A stretch of 64,000 bases of DNA, from assembly GCA_026770705.1 (NCBI GenBank), contig JANJGN010000071.1, forward strand, positions 434,001 through 498,000. The letters run 5' to 3'. This document shows, in pieces, positions 22,555 to 34,438 of the stretch (within the stretch, counting starts at the first letter, position 1; the number at the start of each line of letters is the position of its first letter). The stretch comes from Isurus oxyrinchus. Lineage: Eukaryota. The notes below the pieces were generated by a model. The model had not been told where the DNA came from and did not search any database. It was given only the letters and a program-made list of their open reading frames with translations. The position numbers were made by a program, and so were the translations under genes.

Positions 22555-23890
22555 ACTCCCTATCTCTGTAACCTCCTCCAGCCCGTACAACCCTCCCTAT
22601 CTCTGTAAACTCCTCCAGCCCCTACAACCCTCCCTATCTCTGTAACCTCCACCAGGCCTTACAACCCTCCCTATCTCGGTAACCTCTTCCAGCCCCTACA
22701 CCCCTCCCTATCTCTGTAACCTCCTCCAGCCCCTACAACCCTCCCTATCTCTGTAACCTCCTCCAGCCCCTACAACCCTCCCTATTTCTGTAACTTCCTC
22801 CAGCCCCTACAACCCTCCCTATCTCTGTAACCTCCTCCAGCCCGTACAGCCCTCCCTATCTCTGTAACCTCCTCCAGCCCCTACAACCCTCCCTATCTCT
22901 GTAACCTCCACCAGCCCCTACAACCCTCCCTATCTCTGTAACATCCTCCAGCCCCTACAACAATCCCTATCTCTGTAACATCCTACAGTCTCTACAACCC
23001 TCCCTATCTCTGTAACCTCCTCCAGTCCCTATAACCCTCCCTATCTCTGTAACCTCCTCCAGATCCGACAACCCTCCCTATCTATGTAACCTCCTACAGT
23101 CCCCACAACACTCCCTATCTCTGTAACCTCCCCCAGGCCCCACAACCCTCACGATCACTGTAACCTCCTCCAGACCCTACAACCCTCCCTATCTCTGTAA
23201 CCTGCTCCAGACCCTGCAACCCTCCCTATCTCTGTAACCTGCTCCAGACACTACAACCCTCCCTATCTCTGTAACCTGCTCCAGACCCTACAACCCTCCC
23301 TATCTCTGTAAAGTCCTCCAGGCCCCACAACCCTCACAATCACTGTAACCTCCTCCAGCCCCTACAATCCTCCTGAACTCTATAACCTCCTCTCCACACT
23401 ATAACTCTCCCTATCTCTGTAACCTACCGTGGCCCCTACAGCAGTGTCTATTTTGGTAACCTCCTCCAGCCTCTACAACCCTCCCTACATCTGTAACCTC
23501 CTCCAGCCCCCACAACCACCCCATCTCTGCAACCTCCTACAGCCCCTACACACCTCCCTACCTCTGTAACCTCCTCCAGCCCCCACAACTCCCCCATCTC
23601 TGTAACGTCCTACAGCCTCGACAACCCTCCCTATCTCTGTAACTTCCTACAGCCCTTACAACCCTCCCTATCTCTGTAACCTCCTACAGCCTCTACAGCC
23701 CTCCCTATTTCTGTAACCTCTTCCAGCCCCTACAACCCTCCCTATCTCTGTAAACTCCTACAGCCTCTACAACCCTCCCTATCTCTGTAACTTCCTACAG
23801 CCCTTACAACCCTCCCTTTCTCTGTAACCTCCTACAGCCTCTACAGCCCTCCCTATCTCTGTAACCTCCTCCAGCACCCACAACCCTACC
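22555..23890. repeat. 37-bp L2-derived minisatellite in hepcidin intron 1
   Basis: About 35 units of tctctgtaacctcctccagcccctacaaccctcccta. Confidence 0.95.
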
Positions 23891-23904
23891 TAAATCACTG
23901 GTCT

Positions 23905-24510
23905 GAGTCTCACTCCAGGGAATTCAGTCCCATAATGTAGATCAACGCTCCGTGCTGAGGGAGTGCTGCAATCTCAGAGGGTCAGTAGTGTGGAAGTGTT
24001 GCACTATTGGAGGGACAGTACTGAGGGAGTGCTATACTGTCGGAGGTCAGTACTGAGGGAGTGCTGCAGTGTCAAAGGGTTAGTACTGAGGGAGCGCTGC
24101 ACTGACGGAGGGACAATACTGTGGGAGTGCAGCACTATCGAAGGGTTAGTACTGAGGGAGTGCTGCAGTGTCAAAGGGTTAGTACTGAGGGAGCGCAACA
24201 ATGTTGAATGAGACATTAAACCGAGTCCCCCGTCTGCCCTCTCGGGCGGGTGTGAAAGATCCCACAGCCACTATTTGGAGGAAGAGCAGGGGGTGTTCTC
24301 CCCGGTGTCCTGGGACCAATATTTATCCCTCACCCAACATCACCAAAAACAGATGATCTAGGCCATGATCACATTGCTATTTGTGGGATCTTGCTGTGCA
24401 CAAATCAGCTGCCACATTTCCTACAGTGTGAGTGCACTTCAAAAACATCCTTCAGTGGCTGTGAAATGCTTTGGGATGTGGTGAAAGGCGTTAGAGAAAT
24501 GCAAGTCTGT
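23905..24510 (+). mobile_element. DeuSINE (SacSINE1/AmnSINE1-like) with internal 33-bp expansion
   Basis: atgagacattaaaccgagtcccccgtctgccc...gaagagcagggg...ttgctgtgcacaaat...gtgaaaggcg...aaatgcaagtct resembles the Deu-domain body; tandem 33-mers at 23955-24195. Confidence 0.75.
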
Positions 24511-24607
24511 CCTCCTCCCCCTCTCTCTCCTGTACCTCTCTCTCTCTCTCTCCCTCTCCCTCAATCCTCCTCTCACTTTCTCCCTGATAAATTCTTTCTT
24601 TTTGCAG

Positions 24608-24664
24608 GTTGACACTGCTTTAGGTTCTTCGACGATTGAGAAATCTGTGGATTCCCCGGACACG
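24608..24664 (+). CDS. hamp: Hepcidin-like exon 2 (pro-region VDTALGSSTIEKSVDSPDT)
   Basis: Strong polypyrimidine acceptor ttctttctttttgcag and donor ACG|gtaggt; 57 nt, phase 0-0, similar in size to vertebrate HAMP exon 2. Confidence 0.8.
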
Positions 24665-26184
24665 GTAGGTGGAAATTCATTCCTTATTTTAAGGTTTCTC
24701 CCTGCTCGTTTCTTCCACAGAAAGTTTTCTGATTTCAATGGCAGTCTGTCTCGGTTATACTCAGGAGGCAGGTTTGAAATCGAGCACCCCCCACCCTTTT
24801 TTTGCAAAGCTGGGAAGAGGCAATTCCAAGGAAGTGAACATATCCCCACAGGAATTTTAAATGTAACCCACGCCGGGAATAGTGAGAGGGAGACTGATCC
24901 AGCCTGGGAGTGGGTTAAAGAGAGGCTGGGAGTCGAGAGTCGGAGAGAGGGATGGAATGGGGGAGGGAGGGATTGGAAGAGAGAGACAGAGAGTGGGACG
25001 GGGAGGGGTGAAAGGGAAAGAACATAGGTGGGAGAGAGTGACAGAGGGAGAAATTTAAGAGATGCAGAGTGAGGGAAAGTGAAAAGAGAAGAGAGATTGT
25101 CCAAGAGAGAGAAATTAACAGGAAAGGGAGAGTTACAGAGTGAGCGAAAGGTACAAAAATAGTGTGAGAGAGAGGGAGAGATACAGAGTGGGAGAAGGAG
25201 ACAGGGGAGAGAGAGGGAGAGAGACAGGAAAAGGGAGAGAGGAGAGAAAGATTGGGAGAGAGGGCAATTGAGCGGAAGAGTAGGAGAGAGAGAGACAGGG
25301 AGAGGAGGAGTGGAAGAGAGGAAGAGAGAGAGAGATATGGAGCAGGAGAACACCTCCTCCGGTCCCGATGTTCCTCCAAAATCTCTGACATTACTGCATC
25401 TCCCGGGTCCCCCTGATTCCCATCGCTCCACCATTGGTGGCCGTGCCTTCAGCTGCCTGGGGCCCTGAGCTCCGGAATACCCTCCCTTAACCTCTCTGCC
25501 TCTCTCTCTCTCTCTCCTTTAAGACGCTCCTTAAAAACTGACATCTTTGACCAAGCTTTTGGTCACCTAACCCTAATATCTCCATATGTGACTCAGTGTT
25601 AGACTTCTCTCTGATTTACGCTCCAGTAATGTGGGCTGGGACATTTTGCAATGCCAGAGGCGCTGTGTAAATGCAAGTTGTGAGTGTTATGTGGAAGGGA
25701 GATCCCAGGCGGCAGTCAGTGCCAGAGACTGGAGTCATTGTGCGCAGACCGTATCTCATCTCTCTGAATGCACAATCGGTTTGACTGTCAGCCAAAGCAC
25801 TTTTGATATTTGATCCTTCTAACTGTTTATAACCAGGCCTACATCAAACACCGAGAGGCTGGTTAATCAACAGACACCTTAGAGGATCGAGTGAAAGACA
25901 AAGAGGACTTGCATTTCTCTAGCGCCTTCCAACACATCAGGACGTCCCAAAGTGTTTCGCAGACAATCAAGTGCTTTTTTCTTTCATGTGAGGTCACTGA
26001 TGTAATGTGGGAAAAGAATCATCCATTGGCGCACAGTAAGATCCCACAGACAGCAGCATGATAATGACCAGCGCGCTCCCAGTACTTGCACTGCAAGTGT
26101 CAGTTCAGGGTGTCTGCTCGATTCTCTGCGACTCTCAGCTCTGAGTTAAAAGGACCACCAGGCGTAATTGAGGAATGACCGAGC

Positions 26185-26890
26185 TATCGGAGGGTCAGTA
26201 TTGAGGGTGTGCTGCATTGTCAGAGGGTCAGTACTGAGGGAGTGCTGCATTGTCAGAGGGTTAGTACTGAGGGAGTGCTGCATTGTCAGAGGGTCAGTCT
26301 TGAGGGAGTGTTGCACTGTCGAAGGGTCAGTACCGGCGGGGGGATGCACAGTCGGAGGGTCAGTACTGAGGGAGTGTTGCATTGTCAGAGGGTCAGTCTT
26401 GAGGGAGTGCTGCACTGTTGGAGGGTCAGTACTGAGGATGTGCTGCATTGTCAGAGTCAGTACTGAGGGAGTGCTGCACAGTCGGAGGGTCAGTACTGAG
26501 GGGGTGCTGCACTGTTGAAGGCGCTGTCTTTCAGATGAGATGTTAAACTGAGACAACATCTGCCCTCTCAGGTGGATATAGAGGATTCCATGGCCACAAT
26601 TTAAATGAAGTGCGTCAGGAGTTGGGTGTATGTGTGGAGGGGGTGGTGGGGGCTGGATGGGTGGAGTTATGTCCGCTTTCCTGGGGCAAACATTTATCCC
26701 TCAACTGACATTGGTAAAAAACTGAAAATCGGGGCCATTATCACATTTCTGTTTGTGGGATCTTGCTGTGCATGAATTGCCTGCTGCGTTTCCTACATTA
26801 CAGCGGTGAGCCCACTTCAGAAAAAGTCCTTCCTTCAGCTGTGGAACACTTTGGGCCATCCTGAGGAGGGGAAAGGCGCTATAGAAATGC
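26185..26890 (+). mobile_element. DeuSINE with internal 33-bp expansion (hepcidin intron 2)
   Basis: 33-mer array 26185-26515 runs directly into gtctttcagatgagatgttaaac...gaaaggcgctatagaaatgc. Confidence 0.75.
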
Positions 26891-26979
26891 GCCATCCTCC
26901 TTCCAATGACGCGCCTGATTGAAATGATGCCTTCTTTCTTTCCGGAATGTTCTCACCTATTGTGCTCCTGCTTTTCCAG

Positions 26980-27096
26980 GGCTCCTTGCTGCAGCGCCAG
27001 AAGAGAATGGGCAGACAGCAGCGCTGCAGATTCTGCTGTAACTGCTGTAATTGGAGAGAATCAAATGAGACTTGTGGTCTCTGCTGTAGATATTAG
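26980..27096 (+). CDS. hamp: Hepcidin-like exon 3 (furin site and mature 8-Cys peptide)
   Basis: cttttccag|GGC...; GSLLQRQKR^MGRQQRCRFCCNCCNWRESNETCGLCCRY*; the C-x2-CC-x-CC-xn-CG-x-CC pattern after RxKR is diagnostic of hepcidin. Confidence 0.95.
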   Translation, partial: GSLLQRQKRMGRQQRCRFCCNCCNWRESNETCGLCCRY

Positions 27097-27424
27097 ACCC
27101 TGGCCTCATTCACGCAAGGTCATCCTGCACCATGCCACAGCCTCTCCCCTCCTTATCATTGCTTAGCAATCTATTTCACACAGGCCCTGTTCATTAATTC
27201 CAACTGAAACTTTACCTGCGTTTTACAGCAGGGAAAGAAGCCATTCGGCCCATCTGCTCCATGCTGGTGTTTCTGCTCCACACGAGTCTCCGCCCACCCC
27301 TTCTCCATCTCACCCCATCACCATATCCTTCTATTCATTTCTCCCTCGTGTGTTTATCCAGCTTCCCCTTAAATACATCGACACTATTCACCTCACGTGA
27401 CTGTGTTTGTGTCTGTCTTTATGA

Positions 27425-27905
27425 GCGTGTGTGTGTGTGTGTGTGACTGTCAATATGTGTGTGTCAATGTGAATGAGTGAGTGTGTCAGTGTGTCTGTGT
27501 GGGTGTGTGTGACTGTCAGTGTGTGTCAATGTGAATGAGTGAGTGTGTCAGTGTGTCTGTGTGGGTGTGTGTGACTGTGTCAGTGTGTGTCAATGTGAAT
27601 GAGTGAGTGTGTCAGTGTGTCTGTGTGGGTGTGTGTGACTGTGTCAGTGTGTGTCAATGTGAATGAGTGAGTGTGTCAGTGTGTCTGTGTGGGTGTGTGT
27701 GACTGTGTCAGTGTGTGTCAATGTGAATGAGTGAGTGTGTCAGTGTGTCTGTGTGGGTGTGTGTGACTGTGTCAGTGTGTGTCAATGTGAATGAGTGAGT
27801 GTGTCAGTGTGTCTGTGTGGGTGTGTGTGACTGTGTCAGTGTGTGTCAATGTGAATGAGTGAGTGTGTCAGTGTGTCTGTGTGGGTGTGGGTGTGTGAGT
27901 GTGCA
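27425..27905. repeat. ~64-bp GT-rich minisatellite
   Basis: About 7 near-perfect units of gtgtcagtgtgtgtcaatgtgaatgagtgagtgtgtcagtgtgtctgtgtgggtgtgtgtgact. Confidence 0.9.
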
Positions 27906-28114
27906 AGTGAATGTGTGAGGAATCTTATGACTAAGTCATTTGAATGGATGTTACTGGGGTTAATGATAGTTAAAATTCAGAGAGATGTAAAGCGGGCTGC
28001 TGATTTTGCTGCTTTATGCTCCCGGGCACAGATTCACCCCGACAATGTGTTCATGATTCACCATTATCTTGTCGGGACTTTAATTGTAAAGATTATGATT
28101 TGTAAAAAAAAATG

Positions 28115-28120
28115 AATAAA
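28115..28120 (+). other. Candidate hepcidin polyadenylation signal AATAAA
   Basis: First AATAAA I found downstream of the stop, in AT-rich unique sequence after the repeat-interrupted 3' UTR. Confidence 0.45.
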
Positions 28121-29764
28121 CAACTTCTGTCTTCACAAAGTGTCTGGCTTGGTATTTCAGGCTACTTGTCTCCCCCTCACCCTCCCCCCCCACCATGCCC
28201 CCCACACCAGGGAACAATTGTCCCCCCTTCCTCTGAAGTTCTGGGTAAAGATCAGCTTTGTTCAATGCAAACTGTTCCGACATCGAGAACGTTGTTACAA
28301 ATATCTCACAAAGGGCACACGCCATGATAGCCCACTTTCAACAGATTTTACCAGTTGACCAGGTAGAAAAGCTTTTCATAAACCACAACGTAGGTGTTCA
28401 ATTCTTGCTGCTGTTTGCTTAATGCTCTCATAACTGCTATAACCTCTCTAGTTCCACTACATAACAACACCAACATAAATAAACAGAAGCAGGAGTAGGC
28501 CTTTTGGCCCCCCAAGCCAGCTTGTCCATTCAATTTGAACCTGGCTCCTGCTGAAAGTTACTTAAGTTGAAGCAATAAAGCCATCAGGTGCAGGGATTAA
28601 AATGTAAGCAAAGGAAAAATAATACTTAGAGATGAGATTTAAAATCAGTTTCTGTCAAGTATTATAGTGAGGCCCATTGCTCTGGATTCCTTCTTTCCAG
28701 AGTGAAGGGTTTGAAACTAGGAGTCACATTCAGCAGCTGCATTGTCTTCTCTAGTCGACTGTTTGGAGGTTGCCTGTAGATGTGAATCAGCAGGTCAGCA
28801 GCTTTGAGGAGTGAGTGAAGGTCCCTTTTATTTACAGGATCTGCCACAGGATGTGCAGGAATATTCCTGCTGAATCCCCCATCCTTGTATTCATGAAGGT
28901 TTTGAAACTGGAAGTCATATTCAGCAGCTGCAATGGCCTTTGTAGTCAACTGTCTGGAGGTTGCCTGTACAGGTGGACTCGGCATGTCAACAGCTTTGTT
29001 GGGCAGGGGACACGGGTAGTGAAGGTCCCTTTTCTTTAAAGGCTCTGCCAGTGCAAAACTTGATGATCCTGGGTCAAAATCATGTAACTCCCTCCCCAAA
29101 AGCACTGTGGGTGTGACCTATGGAGGGTCCTTGGCTTCGACAAGCAGCCTACCAGCTCTGCTCTCAATTCCTCTTCACACTTGCTTCCTTCCTCCTCTGG
29201 TCTTTACTTTGTTATAGTGTTAGTGTCCGCTCTGCCTTTTTTGTTGCTTTCCCAATTCTTCCCACCAACTCTCTCTGGCTTGATCCTTCTCTGTGCTCAT
29301 CTCATTGGTTTGAGTTTCTATCCGTTCATTGACCTGGTATAATCTGAAACTGGTGCAATCAGGTAGGGGTGGGGGGGTTGGCGCTGGCCGTGGGTGGTGA
29401 TACACGGCTACCTTTTTACCAAAATTCTTTCACGGGATGTGGACAGCGTTTGTTACCTGTTCCTGACTGACCCCTTGAGAAGGGGGTGCTGAGCTGCCTT
29501 TTCGAAGTGCTGCAGTTCGCCTGGTTTGACTGGTCTGTGGCGGGTTTTGATATAACTCAGTGGCTTGCTCGGCCATTTCAGGGGCCAGTTAAGAGTCAAC
29601 CACATTGCTGTGTGTCAGGAGTCACACATAGGCCAGAATGGGTAAGGACGGCAGGTTTCCTTCCCCAAAGGGCATTAGTGACCCAGATGGGTTTTTGCAA
29701 CAATTGGCCTTAGTTTCATGGTCACCATTACTGAGACTAGCTTCGCATTCCAGATGTCACATCC

Positions 29765-31718
29765 AGTCATGGACAATTAAACAACTCACTGGAGGAGGAG
29801 GCTCCACAAATATCCCCATCCTCAATGATGGAGGAGCCCAGCACATCGGTGCAAAAGACAAGACTGAAGCATGCGCAACAATCTTCAGCCAGAAGTGCTG
29901 AGTGGGTGATCCATCTCGGCCTCCTCCTGAGGTCCCCAGCATCAGAGATGCCAATCTTTAGCCAATTCGATTAATTCCACGTGATATCAAGAAAGGGCTG
30001 AAGGCACTGGATATTGCAAATGCTCCAGACCCTGACATTATTCCGGCAATAGCACTGAAGACTTGTGCTCCAGAACTTGCTGCGCCCCTAGCCAAGCTTT
30101 TCTGGAATTTTCTAGTACCGCTGCAACACTGGCAACTACCCGGCTATGGGGTACGTCCTGTACACAAAAAGCAGGACAAATCCAACCCAGCCAATTCCCC
30201 AGCAGTCTATTCTTGATCATTACTAAAGTGATGGAAGGGGTCATCAACAGCGCTTGCAAGCAGCACCTGCTTAGCAAGAACCTGCTCACTGACGCTCAGT
30301 TTGTGTTCCACCAGGATCATTCAGCTCCTGGCCTCATTACAGCCTTGGTTCAAACATGCACAAATGAGCTGAACTCCAGAGGTGAGGTGAGAGTGACTGT
30401 CCTTGACATCAAGGCAGCATTTGACTGAGTGTGGCAAAACAAGGAGCCCGAGCAAAACTGGAGTCAATGGGAATCGGGGGAAAACTCTCCGCTGCTTGGA
30501 GTCATACCCAGCACAAAGGACGATGGTTGTGATTGTTGGGGGTCAATCATCTCAGTTCCAGGACATCACTGCAGGAGTTACTCAGGGTAGTGTCCGAGGC
30601 TCAACTATCTTCAGCTGCTTCATCAATGACCTTCCTTCCATCATAAGGTCAGAAGTGGGGATATTTGCTGATGTTTGCACAATGTTCAGCACCATTCACG
30701 GCTCCTCAGATACTGAAGCAAGTTATGTCCAAATGCAGCAAGACCTGGACAACATCCAGGCTTGGGCTGACAGGTGACAAGTAACATTCATGCCACACAA
30801 GTGCCAGGCAATGACCAGCTCCAACAAGAGAGAATCGAACTGAAGGCGCAGAAAATTTGGATTTATTTTAAAGAGCCAGCCAAGACCAGCAGCTAGGGTG
30901 CCAAAGCGTACACATCCTTACGTGAAAGCTAAAAACCTGTACAAAGGGCTCAGTTGGAAATTTGCAATGAGGAAATGGGAGACACACACACAAGGACACA
31001 GGGTGACTCAATCAAGAAATGGGGAAGGTTATTTCACACCCTCCGATGGCCTTGAACCACATCCAGTCAGCCTCCGGAAACCTTTTGTATCGAACAAACA
31101 TAGATTCTTTGCTGTCTCAAAAGGACAATAGCCAGTCTCTGCCCTGTAATTACTGTACAAGAACACAATTATCAGCCCACCGGAGGATCATTGTGCTGTG
31201 GCCTTTGTCTAACTAATACCATTACCTTGTAACTGAGAGTAAAAAATATATAAACTGTGCTCATTTGAACCTCGGTGGAGAAGCACCTGTACTGCCCAGC
31301 GTTTGCTCCCCACATGCCTAATAAAGGAACCACTTGAATATTGCATCTGGAGTCCGAGTGTTGAAATTTTGTACCAGAGTATCCCACAGACCATTCATAA
31401 CCATCGCCCCTTGGCATTCAATGGCATTACCATCAATGAATCCCCCAATATCAACATCCTGGGAGTTACCATTGAGCAGAAACTGAACTGGACCAGCCAT
31501 ATAAACACTGTGGCTGCAAGAGCAGGTCAGAGGCTGGGAACCCTGCAGACAGTAACTCACCTCCTGACTCCCCAAATCCTGTCCACCATCTACAACGCAC
31601 AAGTCAGGAGTGTGATGGAATACTCTCCACATGCCTGGATGAGCACAGCTCCAACAACACTCAAGAAGCTTGACACCATCCAGGACAAAGCAGCCCGATT
31701 GATTGGCTCCCCTTCCAC
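29765..31718 (+). mobile_element. Degenerate CR1-group LINE RT region, interrupted by a solo LTR
   Basis: KVMEGVIN...LDIKAAFD...QGSVRGSTIFSCFINDL...FADVC; same family as 8297-10372. Confidence 0.85.
30841..31397 (+). mobile_element. 557-bp solo LTR
   Basis: TGAA...TTCA termini, gaac/taac target-site duplication, internal TATA-like tract and AATAAA; splits LINE sequence gagaatctaaccatc seen intact at ~2400. Confidence 0.8.
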
Positions 31719-33219
31719 AGAGCTAGATAGATTCTTGATTAACAAGGGGGTGAAAGGTCATTGGGGGTAGGCAGGAATGTGAGGTTGAGGTGACAATCAG
31801 ATCAGCCATGATCTTACTGAATGGCGGAGCAGGTTCGAGGGGCTGAGTGACCTACTCCTGATCCTAACTCAGATATCCATATGTTCTCAAAGGCAAATGG
31901 GGATGGGCAACAAATACTGGCCTAGTCAGCGACACCAACATCCCTGAAATGAATAAGAAAAAAATGTATCAATCAATTAAATTTATTGATTAATCGAATT
32001 GAAATTCCTCCAGCTGCCGTGGTGGGATTTGAACCCGTGCCTTCAAAGCATTCACCTGGGCCTCTGGATCACTGGCCTAGTGCCATTCCCATTGTGCGAC
32101 TGTCTGCTATCATCATGGCTCTTTCACATCGATGTGGAAGTCCTGATAACAGAAGCATTGGACGAGGTACAGGAAGGTGACAAATCAGGAGCTCCATTGC
32201 TCAATATGAACGGATAATAAAGATAAATGAACATAAACCTTCCAGTCGCTAATTAGGGAGTCACTGTGGAGCCCATGAGTCCCTCGCAGCGCTATTGCAA
32301 CCTTCTGGATCCCCAGTAGGGGACTCGGGGTGCAGCTGTGTCTTCCTCATCATTTGGAAAAGCCGGAATTGTTCGGGTGCCCCTTCAAACAGGCCGAAGA
32401 TGCAGTGGGTGATGTCTCCCACAGGCCCTGGGAGACCTCCCCTGCCAATTTGTTTTGTAGCTTATTCTTCAACTGCGACATTGGATCAGCTTGAAAAAGG
32501 GTGGGGCTGAGGCAATACCACCAGGTAAGCGTCTATCCCCTCACACGTCACCCCCCCCCACCCCCGTAACCATCACAGTCCCTCCCATCGTGCTGGAGGA
32601 GCATAATGTGCACATTCCCCTCCTTCCAATCAGTCTCCTCCCTTCCTCTCTAATCCTTGATCTTATTGTGTTGGGGGTTGACATGCCAGTCCTCCTCCCT
32701 AGACTGTCTGATGTTGACATCCCAATGCCCCATGTAGACCTGACCTCTCTCCAACTAGAGGCCCATTGTACTGTGACTTACAGAGACCACCGGCCCCCCT
32801 CGATTCCCACCCCCACCCCTACTCTCTATATTACCTGCTCCCCACTGACAGGCTGCAGATGCCTCCCCTGACTGGGATTGTGCCACCTGCGGCCTAGTAT
32901 CAAGCCACCCACCCCCAGGACCGACGTGTGTGAGGGACTGACCACGTCACTCACACCATGCTGGGCACCACCAACCCAGGACTGCCAGGCTCTCCCCACC
33001 ACACTGGACTGGGCCTAGAATAGGCGTGCCAAGCACAGCTCTCTAAATCGTGGCGCAGACCCACAGCACTCGCAATGTTTTGTGGCCCGAATCCTTGCTG
33101 AGGAACTGCCCAGCACTAAAAGCAAAAAAACTGCAGATGCTGGAAATCCAAAACAGAAACAGAAACAGAAATACCTGGAAAAACTCAGCAGGTCTGGCAG
33201 CATCGGCGGAGAAGAACTG

Positions 33220-33565
33220 AGGTAGTGCGGCACTGTCGGAGGTTCAGTACTGAGGGTGTGCTGCACTGTCGGAGGGTCTGAGCTGAGGGAGTGTTGCACT
33301 GTCAGAGGGTCTGAACTGAGGGAATGCTGCACTTTCGGAGGCTCTGAACTGAGGGAGTGCTGCACTGTCGGAGGCTCTGAAATGAGGGAGTGCTGCACTG
33401 TTGGAGGGTTTGAACTGAGGGAGTGCTGCACTGTCAGAGGGTATGAACTGAGGGAGAGCTGCACTGTCGGAGGGTTTGAACTGAGGAAGTGCTGCACTTT
33501 CGGAGGGTCTGATCTGAGGGAGTGCTGCACTGTTGGAGGGTTTGAACTGAGGGAGTGCTGTGCTG
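33220..33565. repeat. 33-bp minisatellite, variant unit (gggtctgaactgagggagtgctgcactgtcgga)
   Basis: About 10 units sharing locally homogenised substitutions. Confidence 0.9.
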
Positions 33566-34298
33566 TCTAAAGAACATTGTACAAATTGCACAAAATTGTA
33601 TCTGATGCCTGTGTCTCATGCTAACATGAAGTTCATGCACACAACAGGAATATTTCTCGCTGTTTCTCTGCAGCAAGACAGCTTTGGTATCACACCAGCC
33701 ACTGGCAAGTGTGTGCAGTTACAATGTGACATGTTTACATTGGAAATTTCTATTATAAAGATGGACAGAGGAATTCATCTGATTGGAAAACGTGACAACA
33801 GGAAGTAATGTCTTTGAGCCAAGTATTTTGCAGCAAAACAAGAATTTTAATCTTTAAATATCTACAGAACAGGCTGAGCATTTTAATCACTTGAGTTAAT
33901 CAATGTAATTTTATTCATAAGCCAAATGCTTCTTACAATCTATCGCAGCATGAAAAAGGTGCAGCATTCAGAAAGCTCATTCCAATCAGAGAACAGAGTT
34001 TAGCGACGTCACATTTCTGTTCATTCCTATTCGATGAACAATTTCAAAAGGAAATTGGACGGAAATTGGAAATAAATTTGCAGGGATACGGGGATAGAGC
34101 GGGGGATGGGACTGAGTGGATTGCTTTACAGAGAGACAGCATAGACTCAATGGGCCAAATGTCCTCCTCCATTGCTGGAATGACTCGATGATACGGAGAT
34201 GATTCTAACCAGGACACTGACCAGTTTCATTACAACTTAACACAACATCACACGTTATTTGTCCGCACTGACTGACCAGATTGTTGCTGTACAAAGCT

Positions 34299-34438
34299 TC
34301 AAACAGTCTGTCGACTTCCTTTCACTGTTTGTCTCTCCCAGACACAGACTCCAGCGATAGTGATAACCACAGCCACAAGGAATATCACAGCTCGTATTCC
34401 CAGGATCAGGATCACGTGCAGAATCTCTCCTCCACTGT
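34299..34438 (-). CDS. Gene D: terminal TM exon with intramembrane Arg and short Tyr-free tail (activating type)
   Basis: tttctttctgtgtgttctctag|AC AGT GGA...GTT TGA; (D)SGGEILHVILILGIRAVIFLVAVVITIAGVCVWERQTVKGSRQTV*; Arg codon at 34392-34394; AATAAA downstream at 33910-33915 (-). Confidence 0.85.

Noticed and set aside
24439-25434. 331-aa Leu/Ser/Pro-rich ORF and overlapping ORFs
   Set aside because: Low-complexity GA-rich intron; only 24608-24664 has exon signals
26906-27166. ORF-track 86-aa peptide
   Set aside because: Off-frame shadow of hepcidin exon 3
28720-29040. Diverged ~190-bp direct repeat with a 147-aa ORF on -
   Set aside because: No recognisable domain or splice signals; probably TE-derived
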